Source of the DNA: Kudoa neothunni
Lineage: Eukaryota; Animalia; Cnidaria
Direction of reading: 5' to 3'
DNA: 64,000 nucleotides
Assembly: GCA_964304625.1 (NCBI GenBank)
Contig: OZ199839.1
Location: forward strand, 6,443,741-6,507,740
Position 1 is the first letter of the stretch. Every line of letters begins with the position of its first letter. Under the pieces are notes generated by a model. That model searched no databases. It was not told the origin of the DNA and saw only the letters and a list, made by a program, of their open reading frames with translations. Positions 62,948-64,000 of the stretch are shown here, in pieces. The position numbers and the translations under genes were made by a program.

Positions 62948-64000
62948 TTATTCAATTAAATGATCGTAGGCAACTTCTCCTTCTGTCTCTTCAAGATTTA
63001 TAGGAAAGTGGAATGTATGATTTCGAACGCGTAAGCTATTGAATTTGTTGGAGAGGAATCTTTGTAATTTTGGAACCAACGACCATTTCATAGCTGCCCA
63101 ATAGCAGCAAATGACAGCACATCCTGTCAATAATAATGCAATGATAAGTTTGGTTTTTCTTCTATGAGGAGAGATTCCACAAAACGATTCATCTTCTCCG
63201 AGAGGACAATCTTTTATTCCATCGCACACATCGAATGATTGTAAGCATAAATTTTTGCACATATGATAGCAAATAATTTCGTCACCTATCAAAGTAAACA
63301 TTTAAAAGTTTAATAACAAACATAATACAGTTTGCCTCATCTGACTTGTCCACACAATCGTATCTTTGGTTGCATCTTTTATGGCGATGTATGATCGTTC
63401 CATCATCACACGCAAAGTTGTTTCCAGCATCCTTAACTGTGAAAATATTAATTAGTTTGAACCCCCAATCGCAGCATACATTGGCAGTCAACTTCATCTT
63501 TGTTATTCCCACAATTATTTTTCCCATCGCAACGGAGTTTTCGATCGATGCATTTTCCATTACTGCAACTGAATTCGTTAGCCTCGCAAGCGTTGAATTC
63601 CTTTGGAACTCTTTTAAAGATTAGATCGTAGTAAAATAATGTTTCACATTCAGACCGTCGCTTGTTGCCACACAGATATTGTTCTATATCTGCGATTCGT
63701 CGATTATAATATAAAATTCTAATAGATGTGAAGTACCTGTAGGGGATAAACAGTTTTTTTCGTCAGATCCATCAGCACAATCCAATCGACCATCACATCG
63801 CAACTCACTCAATACACATCTTTTGTTAGCACATTGGAAATATTCGCTACCACATGTTTGAGCTAATAAAGGTAAAATTGATAATTTATAAACACCGAAA
63901 AATGACATACAACCGTCACTGGAGTCTACAGGGATACATTGTTTGTAGGTTGAAGATTTGGGAGAAATGTTGTGTCGATAACCATCGGCACATAAACAGT
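62948..64000 (-). CDS. LDL-receptor class A repeat type I membrane protein (3' part; 5' end lies outside the window)
   Basis: LDLa modules: [65 protein letters not shown] and [18 protein letters not shown] segment [20 protein letters not shown]. The tail ends in YDHL. Confidence 0.88.

Overview
This window is eukaryotic, not prokaryotic. It is very AT-rich DNA with spliced genes (mostly 35-65 nt GT-AG introns) separated by decayed DNA transposons (Merlin, piggyBac, hAT, pogo/Tigger, MULE and MITEs, often nested). Animal-type genes with very divergent proteins suggest a fast-evolving, probably parasitic metazoan. A myxozoan is a plausible guess, but the sequence does not prove it. Genes were reconstructed by hand across introns: MTBP, RPL17, a secreted saposin-like protein, an ~830-aa orphan type I membrane protein built of Cys-decorated FN3-like modules, Hippo/STK3-4 kinase, TENT5/FAM46, RagC/D GTPase, an AGAP/centaurin-gamma, and the 3' part of an LDLa-repeat receptor. 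There is also a candidate U18-type C/D snoRNA. The most interesting leads are the orphan modular surface protein, the saposin precursor, a RagC/D with Q>Y, W>L and T>C changes in its switch motifs, the snoRNA with no obvious host gene, and a perfect 36-bp palindrome. I found no evidence that these form one linked system. All homology calls come from remembered motifs, not database searches, and splice sites are manual predictions.
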